This document shows, in pieces, positions 1 through 9,661 of a stretch of 45,441 bases of DNA (position 1 is the stretch's first letter; each line of letters opens with the position of its first letter). A model generated the notes under the pieces. It searched no databases. It worked only from the letters and a program-made list of their open reading frames with translations, and was not told where the DNA came from. Location: positions 1 to 45,441 of the IMG/VR virus record IMGVR_UViG_3300008267_000272; one strand, 5' to 3'. The DNA is from a virus (taxonomy: Duplodnaviria > Caudoviricetes). The translations under genes were made by a program, and so were the position numbers.

Positions 1-68
1 ATGAGGCCGCTAGTAAGTTTGCATTTGACAGGGCGGAGGCAATGATGGCCGAGAGATCCAAGAGATGA
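1..68 (+). CDS. 3' end of a truncated phage hypothetical protein (...FAFDRAEAMMAERSKR*)
   Basis: Open frame from 3 to TGA 66-68, overlapping the next ATG (ATGA). Ends in an 'A(Y/F)xxA(D/E)AM(L/M)AER'-type tail common in small phage proteins. Confidence 0.55.
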   Translation, partial: EAASKFAFDRAEAMMAERSKR

Positions 69-592
69 ACACGGAAGACAAGCTGGCGTGGTGCGAAGAG
101 TTTGGGGAAGAGAAAGAAACAAACTTTCTGTTACAACGAAACTTTGCAGGGATAACCTTGTGGATAAACCCAGACAAGGTGAACAACAAATATGCAAACG
201 ATTTTGTTGCTCACTTCCCGTCTGACCTCAAGACTGTTAGAACCCCTCTGTTCATGGCTAATGAGATGTACGGGATAGATCCTCAATATGCTGTTACGTT
301 TAATGTCAAAGACGGAAAGCGTTACGCAGAGCTATATCCAAACATCATTGTTGTTTTTGATATTAGGTGGGAAGAACCCAAAAACCAGATGGATATCAAG
401 GGAAACCTTTACAGGGTAGAGCCGATGGAGCTAGTGGTGGCGGGGTTTTTAAAAGATATCAAGAACGCAATCTTGGCATCTGACACTCAGAAGATTGGAT
501 ATAAACGCAGAGTTAACGACACCCAAGGCAATGCCAAAGAAAGCTTTGTATTTGATGCCAGACACTTACAACAATTAAAGGAAACAACATGA
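65..592 (+). CDS. hypothetical protein, possible PD-(D/E)XK nuclease-like fold
   Basis: 175-aa ORF coupled by ATGA overlaps at both ends. E...D...DLK arrangement (ANDFVAHFPSDLKT) is suggestive only. Confidence 0.6.
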   Translation: MNTEDKLAWCEEFGEEKETNFLLQRNFAGITLWINPDKVNNKYANDFVAHFPSDLKTVRTPLFMANEMYGIDPQYAVTFNVKDGKRYAELYPNIIVVFDIRWEEPKNQMDIKGNLYRVEPMELVVAGFLKDIKNAILASDTQKIGYKRRVNDTQGNAKESFVFDARHLQQLKETT

Positions 593-768
593 ACGACATA
601 GACAACAAAATAATAACGTACCTAGAGCAGTTCAAGACTCAGGATAGAGCCGCTAAAGCCATGCTTGAGTTTGCCGCCAAAGAGATAAAACGCCTAGAGA
701 AAGACAAGGACTTTTGGTACAAGGCAGGATACGAGGCAGGACTAGAAGATCAGAAGGTTGTCTCTTGA
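589..768 (+). CDS. small hypothetical protein (59 aa, MNDIDNKII...GYEAGLEDQKVVS), not in the ORF track
   Basis: ATG 589 overlaps the upstream TGA, with SD-like AAGGAA before it. TGA 766-768 overlaps the TTG start of the next gene. Confidence 0.7.
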   Translation: MNDIDNKIITYLEQFKTQDRAAKAMLEFAAKEIKRLEKDKDFWYKAGYEAGLEDQKVVS

Positions 769-1034
769 ACAACAATCTAACGGCCAAGCAAAGGGAACAT
801 ATAGGTAAGGTTAAGAGCCTACCTTGTTCTGTTTGCGATGCGCCAGCTCCATCAGATGCACACCACATAGAGCAAGCACTACAGTATTGCGTAGTGGCTT
901 TGTGTAAAGACTGCCATCAGGGATCGACAATGGGGTGGCACGGCCAAAGGCGGATGTGGAAGATTAAGAAGATGAATGAGCTAGACGCTTTGAACGTAAC
1001 CATAGAGAGGCTAGTCAATGAACGTAATCAGTAG
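765..1034 (+). CDS. Ref/DUF968-like zinc-binding HNH-type nuclease
   Basis: CxxC...AHH...LCxxCH..GWHG pattern. Start moved from 714 to TTG 765 (TTGA overlap). Confidence 0.7.
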   Translation: MNNNLTAKQREHIGKVKSLPCSVCDAPAPSDAHHIEQALQYCVVALCKDCHQGSTMGWHGQRRMWKIKKMNELDALNVTIERLVNERNQ

Positions 1035-1755
1035 TTCCGCAGGGAACGACAGCTTGGCAATGATCCAGTTCTGTATAGAGAAAGAGATCCCCGACCTCCA
1101 TGTAGTGTTCTGCGACACGGGATGGTCTGCTCCGGGCTGGATGCAACGGGTGGAAAAGATACACGGCTATGCCGAGAAACATGGGATTAAGACCCATATT
1201 GTTAAGAGCATAGGCATGGAAGATTTAGTCAGGATGAAGAAGGGCTTTCCCGGAAACGCCCAACAGTTCTGCACCGCACACCTAAAGGGTGTTCCATTCC
1301 TTCAGTGGATAGACGAGGAAGACAAAGACTACGAGGCCGTTGTCATGGTGGGCAAGCGCAGGGTGGAGAGTGAGGCTAGAAAAGATACGCCTGAGTACAT
1401 CTACGACTCCGAGTATCACGGCGGTAGAACGCTCTGGCATCCGCTCTATCTACACACAGACGCTCAAAGGAATGAGCTAATTAATCGTGCTGGGTTTGAA
1501 CCGCTACCCCACAGATCTTTAGAGTGCAACCCTTGCGTGAACGCTAATCGTCAGGACTTCCTGAGACTAACGGCTGGGGAAATAGAAAGGGTTAACGACT
1601 TAGAGGTAGAGATAGGTAAGCCTATGTTCCGCCCCAAGCGCTTCAGCGCACTAGGTATCCACGGGGTTATTCAGTGGGCAAAGAACGGCAGGGATAGAGG
1701 AGACTTCTCAGAGGAAGACGCGCAGTGCGCCTCCCTCTTTGGTTGCGGCCTGTAG
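1018..1755 (+). CDS. phosphoadenosine phosphosulfate (PAPS) reductase family protein (PP-loop, Cys-rich)
   Basis: SSAGNDS PP-loop variant, VFCDTGW, QFCTAHLK, GKRRVESEAR, HRSLECNPCV, C-terminal C..CGL. Confidence 0.85.
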   Translation: MNVISSSAGNDSLAMIQFCIEKEIPDLHVVFCDTGWSAPGWMQRVEKIHGYAEKHGIKTHIVKSIGMEDLVRMKKGFPGNAQQFCTAHLKGVPFLQWIDEEDKDYEAVVMVGKRRVESEARKDTPEYIYDSEYHGGRTLWHPLYLHTDAQRNELINRAGFEPLPHRSLECNPCVNANRQDFLRLTAGEIERVNDLEVEIGKPMFRPKRFSALGIHGVIQWAKNGRDRGDFSEEDAQCASLFGCGL

Positions 1756-1769
1756 TGGTAACGTTACCA
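1756..1769. promoter_or_regulatory. perfect palindrome TGGTAACGTTACCA filling the whole gap between convergent early and late genes
   Basis: Seen directly. One of six exact copies of TGGWAACGTTWCCA. Confidence 0.75.
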
Positions 1770-4700
1770 TTACTGCTTCATTGACTTGCGGGAATCCTCT
1801 GCTTGTTGAGCCAACATAGAGATCAACTCTTTCATCCTGTCAATCTCTTCCCGCTTGGATGCACCATCCATGTTTGTATCGTTAGTAACCACAGAAATAT
1901 GTTGACGGATCTTGGCCATATTCTTAGCAGTCTTATCGTAGAACTTAGCCAAGGCGATCTTATCGCCCTTCTCCTCCAAGATCTGTCTGACTTTATCGGC
2001 ATCCCCGATCTCGGCGTAGTGACGCATATCTGCGAATGCTTGGCTGATCTCTTTATTGCTGTCGTAGAAGGCTGTAGCGTACTTAGATTGATTGGATGGC
2101 AGTGACTTCACCAGACCCACACTGAGCTTGTCTATCATCTTCGTATCAGGGTAAGAGCCATCTTTAAATGGCATGACTGCATAGTGTGAAGTTTCAGCAA
2201 TCGCACTACCCAGCCATCCAAAGTAAGCTTTGATAGCGTAGTCCATCTGCACAGGGGATAGACCCTCACCAGTAATGGAAGAGATTCCTCCGAGCAATTT
2301 GGCTAGTGGGCTAGTAGTATCCGCCGCCCGCTCTTGCTTAGACAATCTTTCCATGCCAGCAGATTCAATCGGCGCACCAGTGAACGAATCCTTGTTGGCA
2401 TATAGATCCACCAAAGGCTTGACAAACTGAGGTAGGTTGACCGCAAAGGTATCGGTAACCATACGACCCATAGACTGCTGGAACTGTTTACCCTCTGCGC
2501 CTTCATCAAAGATCTGTTCGGCTATGCGCTCGGCAATAGTTCCAAACGCACCAATCTCAAATGGTTTAGGCACACGCAAAGCGTATTCCATTCCGGGCAA
2601 CTTAAACCACCAGAAGTTATCACGATCCCACTCGTCACGCTTCTTGTACTCTTCATCATCTTTAAATGCAAAGTACAGGGCTAGAGATGCAAGGCACACG
2701 GCACTGGTAACAATGCTGAAGGATTCTGCTTTCTGCTTGTCTGTTTGCTCAATTGGTTTACCGGTGATGGTGTTGTAGAACACACGGCTAGTAGGCATGA
2801 TGCCGTCCCTGCCAAGCTTATACAAACCTTGCACACGGGCATTCAAGAACGGCACAACCTGACAGACCTGACGGAATGCCGGCCATGCCCCTGACATAGA
2901 GAAGTCAAGCAGGTCACGGGCGTAATAGGATGCCTCAAGATGAGACATTCCTTTATCCTTCATCTGGATATACAAAGCCATGCGGTTAGCGGATTCAGAC
3001 TTATTGCCCCATTCTTGGTATTTGTCCCAAGCCATCTGTAAACCCTTTTTGATTTTTTCTGGGGTATCCAAGATGTTCTCTGACTTAACTCCCTTGGACA
3101 CCAAGCGCTTAACCAGTTTAGCTTGATCACCCTCAACGTGAGTGCCAAATGTAAATACGCCACCGCCAGCTAGTGCGGATATATAAGCGGGACGATTACT
3201 AGCGCTTTCTTTCCATCCGTTAGCAATGTTGGTAAATGGATTCTTCTTCAGATCACTAACCGCCATAGCTTGTATAGAGTCACGGATCAAGTTTCTAACC
3301 TTAAAGGCAGGAGATATAGTGACACCAAATTGGAGCATATTCTTAAAGTCTCTGGCAACATCCAAGAACTTAGACTTTGGCCCCAGATATCCAATAGAAG
3401 AAATGGAATCTAAAAGCATGGGATCTAAGACGTTGTAGTAGGCGGGGCTACCATCTACCATGATCTTGATGTTCATCTTCCCAGACTTACCAGAGGCGGG
3501 CGTAGTCATCCAAGGTTCTATCTTGCCGTCCTTGTAAACCTCTGAGGATTCATAGATGTTTCCATCTTCATCTTTCTTACGGGTGATCACATTAACCAGA
3601 CCATCAACCATTACAAACTGTTGCTTGAGGTTTGGTTCTGCACCGCCCAAAGGAATGGCCGCATCTATCGTAGCCTTTGCCGCTTGCGCTTTCATGGATG
3701 CAGACAGGATGTGACTCCAGTTACGCAGAGTGTTTTCCATCAAGTCGGAGAAAGGACTCTCTCCACCCTTTAAAGCTTTAGAGAAGTGCTGGTTTGTCAG
3801 GCTAGATGCCGTCATCACCGCATCAATATCGCCGTCCTCCATCTCACGATAGAAAGGAATGTAGTTAATGTCGTTGACAAAACGCTCATACCCTATTGGG
3901 TTTTTCTTTAGGTCGGCTATCTTGTCTTCTAGCTCTTGGATCTGCTTTTCTTTTGCGTTATCAGATAAGTTTTCTTTGCTTTCAATAAAGCTAATCTGAT
4001 CTCGTATCCGCTCAATCATGTTGGCCGTTGAATCTATCAAGCCCATTTCAAGCGCAACCTTGAGGACGGACTCATTTATTTTTTGCATATCCTTACGGAC
4101 TTGCTCATAAAGTTGTTTGCGGGGCTTGCCATCCAAATCACCCTCAATGAGCTTGTCACGCTCGGCAACTAGCTTTGGCATTACATCTTTGCCATCTTTA
4201 TTGATAAACCTAGATCGCTTGTCAACAGGTAACTGTGATTCTCTGGTTAAAGCTTTCCACATATTAAAGCGGTCTACTTCATTGCCCAAAGGTTTCATAA
4301 TTTCAATCAAGCCCTTGGTATTGGGTTTAATGTTTAACGCGCCTCCGTCATTAAAGACTTCGCCGTGCATCATCAAACCTTCTAGCGCACCATCCACAGA
4401 CTTGGATAGGCGGGCTTTCATGTAGGCCTCTGGGCTGTATTCCCTGATGGTTCTAAACTGGTCAGCCATACCTTGCGCTAACTTTTTCCAGAAGTTATCA
4501 CGCAGACCATTGATGCGGTCAATGATGGTCTTCTTCTGTGGCGCATACACGGGATTAGCCGCATTCATAAAGTCATCAGGCACACCCTCAAAAGACTCAG
4601 GCTTTAAAGGAGGGCGCTTTTGCAAAGCAGTAGAAACCTTGGTCTTTATGTCATCAACCAAACTTCTATCAATCTCTTCTCTATCTACGCTGAATTCACC

Positions 4701-7700
4701 AGTGTTACTTATGGCAGATTTGATTTGCGTTGGATAGAAAGCAACCCAGTCATCCCTGTCAACGTTTCCATCCGTCATGCTGTTTCTGACAACCACCCCG
4801 TCATAGCCATTATCAATAAGGGCTTGTTTAAATTTTCCAACTGATGGATATGAATCCCTGTCATCTTGCAAATCTTCAAACCCTTCGTACTCCATTGGGT
4901 TTTGAATAGACAAGTGAACAAGCATTGTGTTGTCACCCTCTTTGCCCTCGGAGAAAGAAACAGCACCCTCTGCATTTCCCTCTTCATATTCTCGACCATA
5001 TAAAGATGGCGCAGTAAACCAAGAGCCTAACTTGCCCGTGTAGTTTGGATTGTTTGTTCTCTCTTTAATGTTCTGTCCAACATTAAATATGCCAAAGTTT
5101 TTATCTGTTGTATGGAATCCAACAAAAGGTTTTCCATTTCTGTTTACGGCTTTGCTTTCTCCAAACCACTTCTTAAACCGAGGATCAGAGTAGTAGTCTC
5201 TATCCTGATTAGCTTGTCTACTGAACTGGCGCGGTTCTGGAATGTTTTTGCGTTTGTAGAAATCTTCAATCAGTTTATTTTGAGCAACTATTGCATCATG
5301 CTCAGAGAGCTTGACAGCAGGAACATTCTTCTCGGCTTGCTCCCTATAGGCCATAGCTATGTTATAAATTACCGGCTCCGACAAACCCCCTAATGCTTTT
5401 TCAAACTGTGGATTTTCTTTTAGTAAGCGCACAGATTCATCCACTACAGCATTAAAACGCTTATTAGATTCTTCCTGCGCGTCTTTAATCCGCTGTTGTG
5501 ATTTTTTAAATTCTTCTGTTTTGCTTAATTCATCATATGCTTTAATTTGCATACGGTTGATTTCGTCTTGCGTAACGTATGGTTCGTTTCTTTCTTTAGA
5601 GTAAAGGAACTCTTCACGCTTGGCATACTTAACATTCTTAGCTAAGACAAAACGACCAACTTGCAATACTTCATCGGCAGAGACAACAGGTTGCTTAGTC
5701 TTTCTGTCGTAGAAATATGAATGGCGCAAAGGATCTAAGCTGACCTGTGACCACTCTGGATCGTTGAGCTTTTCTTTAACAGACTTGAAGATATCCTTTG
5801 GAGTCATGTTGACCCAGTTACCCTCAATGGTTTGTTGGGGAGCTTTTTGCCCTGCTTTACCAGCCACAGCTTGAGCAACATTGAAAGCCTTTTCTTCTGA
5901 ACGAATAGCAAACTCAACATTCTTTAAAGCACCAGCCGGTTTATAGCTAATGTTCTTTCCTTGGGTCGCGTTAGTGGCTGGCTTTCCTTCGTGGATAGAT
6001 ACAACGCTACCATTAATGCCATTCTTTTTACCCCACTCCAAAGCGGGTATATCCATTCTCAAGCCAACTCTCTTGCCCTCTGCAATTGGGGCGTTAACAA
6101 ACTTAGGATCTTTCTTCTGAGGTATTCTGTTAACCAGAATTTCTTCCATTAACTTTTCGTCAATTGGGCTTTCTAACTTATCCCCAAGAACCTCTGCAAT
6201 AGGTGCGTAGTAATCTACATACTCATCATATTGTTTCTTGGTAATGTTTCCAGCTTTGAGTTCTCTTGCGGCCAAAACAACTTGCTCGTTTCTTCCGGCA
6301 GGAATCTTAAAGTTAGCTGGCGCTGTCAGCACAGGTGGCTTGTTTGCTTTCTGCGGGGTGGCGGGCGTAGTGGGCGGCGCTGTCTTGGTCGCTGGAACTT
6401 TTGTTCCAAACTCAAATCCAGCGCTCTTAATCTTTTGTTGCAACTCACCTATTGGGGTGTTGAGTTCTGTATCCGTAATACGGGCAAGCTCTTCTAGAGC
6501 AGACTTGTACTTGGGTTCAATGTTTAATAGCTTGCGGAAAAATTCCACTAGCTTTGTCATGGCTGTCTCGCCCTTGCCAACATTAACTGTTGCCAACCAA
6601 TCTTGGAAGTCGTTTTCAGTTAAACCATAGGAAATTAGCTCAGAAACGTTTTGCAAATGAACTTGATCGGATGCTTTTGTGGCAAGGAAAGATGCTTTGT
6701 ATTTCAACAAGAAAGGACTTGGATTAGGAGAGTTCAACTCAATCCTTGCCGCTCTTCTGATTTTATTTAACAAAGGCGTAAGCTCTTGGAAGATAAGAGA
6801 AAGATCTTGGTTATCCATGTATTTGGATGCATACTTCCCTAGCGCATAGGTTTGCGGCTGGGTTGCGGCGTGTAGCAGTTCATGCAACAAGATGGAATAG
6901 GTTGTTCCAACGAGTGATTTACCACTTCTCTTGCTAATAACATCGTTGCCGTTGATCTTTACATCGGTACTTAGCTTATTGCCAGTCATCTTGAATACAG
7001 AAACGCCATAAGCGCCTTGCATTCCATCTTTGCCTTTTAAGACTTGGAAGGTAATTGGATAGCCAACGCTAACCATATCTTTAAGGCGATCACCAATTTT
7101 CTGAGCAATGTATTTGGCTACAGAGTTAGGCGCGTTATCTACCAACCAGTCACAGACTTGGCCAATATCCATCCCGTCAACTTCTTTTTCAATCTGCTGA
7201 CTAGACTTCTTGCTCTCAAAGATTCTTGATTCCTCTTGAGGCTTCTCTTCTTTGGGAGGCTCCTCTTGAGTAAATAGGTCGGGGCCGCCCTCTTCGCCCT
7301 TGAGAGTTTTAAAGATATCTTCTACTGGCAGTTTGGGTTTCTGTCCAAACATATCCTCACCAGCCTGAGACTGATCATAGGCGGCATCTGCCAAGTTACC
7401 AATCAACTCACCCATGCGTTTACCAGAGCGGGCATTGTCGGCAAACATACTAAGCACGGCCATTGTGTTGGGATCCATCCCAAGGTTGCCCTGTTTAACA
7501 ATGTCTTGTAGCTTGAGGCCGTTGCGCTTTGCATTAACTGCTAACTCAGCCGCCTCAATAATGTTCTTGCGAATGTCGTATTCACCAGCACCCTCTAACT
7601 TGGCAACACGGGATGCCGCTTTAGCCATTCCTTGGAGAATTAACTTGGCTTCTGGATCTGCCGCCTGTGCATACAGATCAATCAATGACTCACTGCCATA

Positions 7701-9659
7701 AGCCTTATAGAAGATGGCGTTGTTCAGTCGATCTATTGCCGTGGTGTTAGGCATTCCATTCTTGTCCATCAACTCGCCCTGCTCTTCTTTGGGCATACCA
7801 CGGACAAACTGGATCAAAGACTGGGTGTTAATGCTTCCATCTTCATTGAAAGAAAGGCCACCTAAATCAAAACGGTTTCCATCATTCTTTGCTGACTCAA
7901 CTGGGTTAAGTCTTAACTGACCCGCTACGTTAGAAACGTCCCCAATATCGGGCGTGATAAACGACTTGGGCATGATCCTGACTAGAACAGGCTTGCCCAT
8001 ATCCAATATAGCGCCTTGGTCAATACCATGCTGATTGTCATAAGACATGGCGGCTCTGTAGTCACCCGCCGTATCAAGACCATATGCCGCTTGCAATCCT
8101 GCAATACGACCATTACCAGCTACCGCACGGATGCCAGAAGTGGAAACGTTTCCATAGTCCTCATTAGTCCTGCCATCAGCAGTGTGTGATGTAAGCAACT
8201 GGTCAGCGTCAATGACAGCATATTGAACGGGTATTTTGCGTCCGTCAGATCCAGTAACAATATCTACCCTGCCCATTTGATTGGCTGGGATATCAATATC
8301 ACTGATAACCACGGGCGCACCAGAGCCTAGATCGGCAGAAGTCTTGAGCCTGTCGTAGTCAGGGTTAGAAGAAATGTTTTGCATCTGCTGAATAGATGCA
8401 GGGGTAGCACGATCACGGTTTTGCAAACGCTGGAACACATCTCCTGCACTATCGGGTAAACCCTGAGTGTAGTTTTGCAAGGCATCTAGGTCTTCTTGTG
8501 TAAGAGTGACCTTTGCCGTAGGTGCTTGAGGCGGTCTTACTGGTGGATTAATGTCAGGAACTTTGTCAACGGGAGGCTTGTTCTCTGGTAACTTTTGGTC
8601 AATGCTTGATGGCCTTTGAGCCAAACCAGAGACTCCGCCCATGCCAACACCGCCAACAGCGGCCATACCAGCCGCCTGACCTAAACCTTCGGTAAGGCTT
8701 TGCTCTGGGTTAACTTCACGCATAGCAAGGTTCTGACTGAACTTGCCACCAGTTTCTTCAACAACTTCACTAGCGGCCTCGCCTAATGCGCCTCTAGCTC
8801 CACCCATTAATTGCCCTGATTTTCCGGGAACGCCAGCAAATGTTTCTTCCAGTGTGCTTGCGCCGGGTAGCTTCTGAGCCAACAAGGAAATGATTGCACC
8901 AGATGCACCTGATGCACGGGCTAGATTCAATGCTTTCTGTGCGGCTTCTGCTTCTGGTACACCCCTATCTATCATTTCTTTATAGGTATTCTCATAAGCA
9001 CCAGCACCGATATCAGCACCCTGCTGTATAGCACCAGTACCTTTTGCCGCCGCTACACCTGCCGCACCAGCTTTTGCGGCAACAGCTTTCTTGGCGGCTA
9101 TCTCTGCGGCTTCTTTAGCCATACCACTAGAAACTAGGGCGGCGGCTTCTTTTGCGCTAAGACCTGCGGCAGTCAATGCGGCAGTACCACCACCAGAAAT
9201 CAAAGCAGGGATAAGCTGTGGAACTTGTTCCAACAAGAAACTAGCAAGCAGTGTTGGACTCTTAACTGTCTCAGCAAAAGCGGTGCCGAAGGCTGACAGT
9301 TGACCAGTCTTCTCTGCTTCTTGTATCTTCTTAGCCCTAGCCTCTTCCATAGCCTTGAGAGGATCAGACTTCATCTCTTCGCCATACTTCTGGATCTTTT
9401 CACCCAGACCTAAAGAGCCAGTCTTTTCAAAGTTACCAGTAGCCAAACCATATAGTTGGCCGGGCAGTTGAACTAAAGATCCAAGACCAGAAACCAAACT
9501 AGCAGGAACGTCCGTAGCCGCCTCACCCCATGTGCGATCTGTGCGCTTGGGTTCGCTCTTTTTTGTGTGCGTATATACAGCCCACTTCCAAGCCGTATTG
9601 GGATCGGGGGCATCTACTTCGTAGGTGACACCCTGTACGTCTACGTCATACTTTGCCAT
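1770..9659 (-). CDS. large polyvalent (probably virion-injected) protein with ddrB-like ParB, HExxH metallopeptidase-like, ADP-ribosyltransferase-like (ART-PolyVal) and C-terminal LPD38 domains
   Basis: LQNRDR...GAPVV...AVAGNGR (ParB-like, ~7700-8430); LLHELLH (~6870); FKKWFGESK...FHTT...GSWFT...GYDGVVV...QIKSA (~4690-5180); FWWFKLPG..RVPKPFEIG (LPD38, ~2000-2620). Confidence 0.8.
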   Translation of the reverse strand: MAKYDVDVQGVTYEVDAPDPNTAWKWAVYTHTKKSEPKRTDRTWGEAATDVPASLVSGLGSLVQLPGQLYGLATGNFEKTGSLGLGEKIQKYGEEMKSDPLKAMEEARAKKIQEAEKTGQLSAFGTAFAETVKSPTLLASFLLEQVPQLIPALISGGGTAALTAAGLSAKEAAALVSSGMAKEAAEIAAKKAVAAKAGAAGVAAAKGTGAIQQGADIGAGAYENTYKEMIDRGVPEAEAAQKALNLARASGASGAIISLLAQKLPGASTLEETFAGVPGKSGQLMGGARGALGEAASEVVEETGGKFSQNLAMREVNPEQSLTEGLGQAAGMAAVGGVGMGGVSGLAQRPSSIDQKLPENKPPVDKVPDINPPVRPPQAPTAKVTLTQEDLDALQNYTQGLPDSAGDVFQRLQNRDRATPASIQQMQNISSNPDYDRLKTSADLGSGAPVVISDIDIPANQMGRVDIVTGSDGRKIPVQYAVIDADQLLTSHTADGRTNEDYGNVSTSGIRAVAGNGRIAGLQAAYGLDTAGDYRAAMSYDNQHGIDQGAILDMGKPVLVRIMPKSFITPDIGDVSNVAGQLRLNPVESAKNDGNRFDLGGLSFNEDGSINTQSLIQFVRGMPKEEQGELMDKNGMPNTTAIDRLNNAIFYKAYGSESLIDLYAQAADPEAKLILQGMAKAASRVAKLEGAGEYDIRKNIIEAAELAVNAKRNGLKLQDIVKQGNLGMDPNTMAVLSMFADNARSGKRMGELIGNLADAAYDQSQAGEDMFGQKPKLPVEDIFKTLKGEEGGPDLFTQEEPPKEEKPQEESRIFESKKSSQQIEKEVDGMDIGQVCDWLVDNAPNSVAKYIAQKIGDRLKDMVSVGYPITFQVLKGKDGMQGAYGVSVFKMTGNKLSTDVKINGNDVISKRSGKSLVGTTYSILLHELLHAATQPQTYALGKYASKYMDNQDLSLIFQELTPLLNKIRRAARIELNSPNPSPFLLKYKASFLATKASDQVHLQNVSELISYGLTENDFQDWLATVNVGKGETAMTKLVEFFRKLLNIEPKYKSALEELARITDTELNTPIGELQQKIKSAGFEFGTKVPATKTAPPTTPATPQKANKPPVLTAPANFKIPAGRNEQVVLAARELKAGNITKKQYDEYVDYYAPIAEVLGDKLESPIDEKLMEEILVNRIPQKKDPKFVNAPIAEGKRVGLRMDIPALEWGKKNGINGSVVSIHEGKPATNATQGKNISYKPAGALKNVEFAIRSEEKAFNVAQAVAGKAGQKAPQQTIEGNWVNMTPKDIFKSVKEKLNDPEWSQVSLDPLRHSYFYDRKTKQPVVSADEVLQVGRFVLAKNVKYAKREEFLYSKERNEPYVTQDEINRMQIKAYDELSKTEEFKKSQQRIKDAQEESNKRFNAVVDESVRLLKENPQFEKALGGLSEPVIYNIAMAYREQAEKNVPAVKLSEHDAIVAQNKLIEDFYKRKNIPEPRQFSRQANQDRDYYSDPRFKKWFGESKAVNRNGKPFVGFHTTDKNFGIFNVGQNIKERTNNPNYTGKLGSWFTAPSLYGREYEEGNAEGAVSFSEGKEGDNTMLVHLSIQNPMEYEGFEDLQDDRDSYPSVGKFKQALIDNGYDGVVVRNSMTDGNVDRDDWVAFYPTQIKSAISNTGEFSVDREEIDRSLVDDIKTKVSTALQKRPPLKPESFEGVPDDFMNAANPVYAPQKKTIIDRINGLRDNFWKKLAQGMADQFRTIREYSPEAYMKARLSKSVDGALEGLMMHGEVFNDGGALNIKPNTKGLIEIMKPLGNEVDRFNMWKALTRESQLPVDKRSRFINKDGKDVMPKLVAERDKLIEGDLDGKPRKQLYEQVRKDMQKINESVLKVALEMGLIDSTANMIERIRDQISFIESKENLSDNAKEKQIQELEDKIADLKKNPIGYERFVNDINYIPFYREMEDGDIDAVMTASSLTNQHFSKALKGGESPFSDLMENTLRNWSHILSASMKAQAAKATIDAAIPLGGAEPNLKQQFVMVDGLVNVITRKKDEDGNIYESSEVYKDGKIEPWMTTPASGKSGKMNIKIMVDGSPAYYNVLDPMLLDSISSIGYLGPKSKFLDVARDFKNMLQFGVTISPAFKVRNLIRDSIQAMAVSDLKKNPFTNIANGWKESASNRPAYISALAGGGVFTFGTHVEGDQAKLVKRLVSKGVKSENILDTPEKIKKGLQMAWDKYQEWGNKSESANRMALYIQMKDKGMSHLEASYYARDLLDFSMSGAWPAFRQVCQVVPFLNARVQGLYKLGRDGIMPTSRVFYNTITGKPIEQTDKQKAESFSIVTSAVCLASLALYFAFKDDEEYKKRDEWDRDNFWWFKLPGMEYALRVPKPFEIGAFGTIAERIAEQIFDEGAEGKQFQQSMGRMVTDTFAVNLPQFVKPLVDLYANKDSFTGAPIESAGMERLSKQERAADTTSPLAKLLGGISSITGEGLSPVQMDYAIKAYFGWLGSAIAETSHYAVMPFKDGSYPDTKMIDKLSVGLVKSLPSNQSKYATAFYDSNKEISQAFADMRHYAEIGDADKVRQILEEKGDKIALAKFYDKTAKNMAKIRQHISVVTNDTNMDGASKREEIDRMKELISMLAQQAEDSRKSMKQ

Positions 9660-9661
9660 AT

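Noticed and set aside
1018-1755. Calling the gene cysH (auxiliary sulfur-assimilation gene)
   Set aside because: It lacks the CysH C-terminal ECGLH context and no other sulfur genes are nearby; family-level call only.
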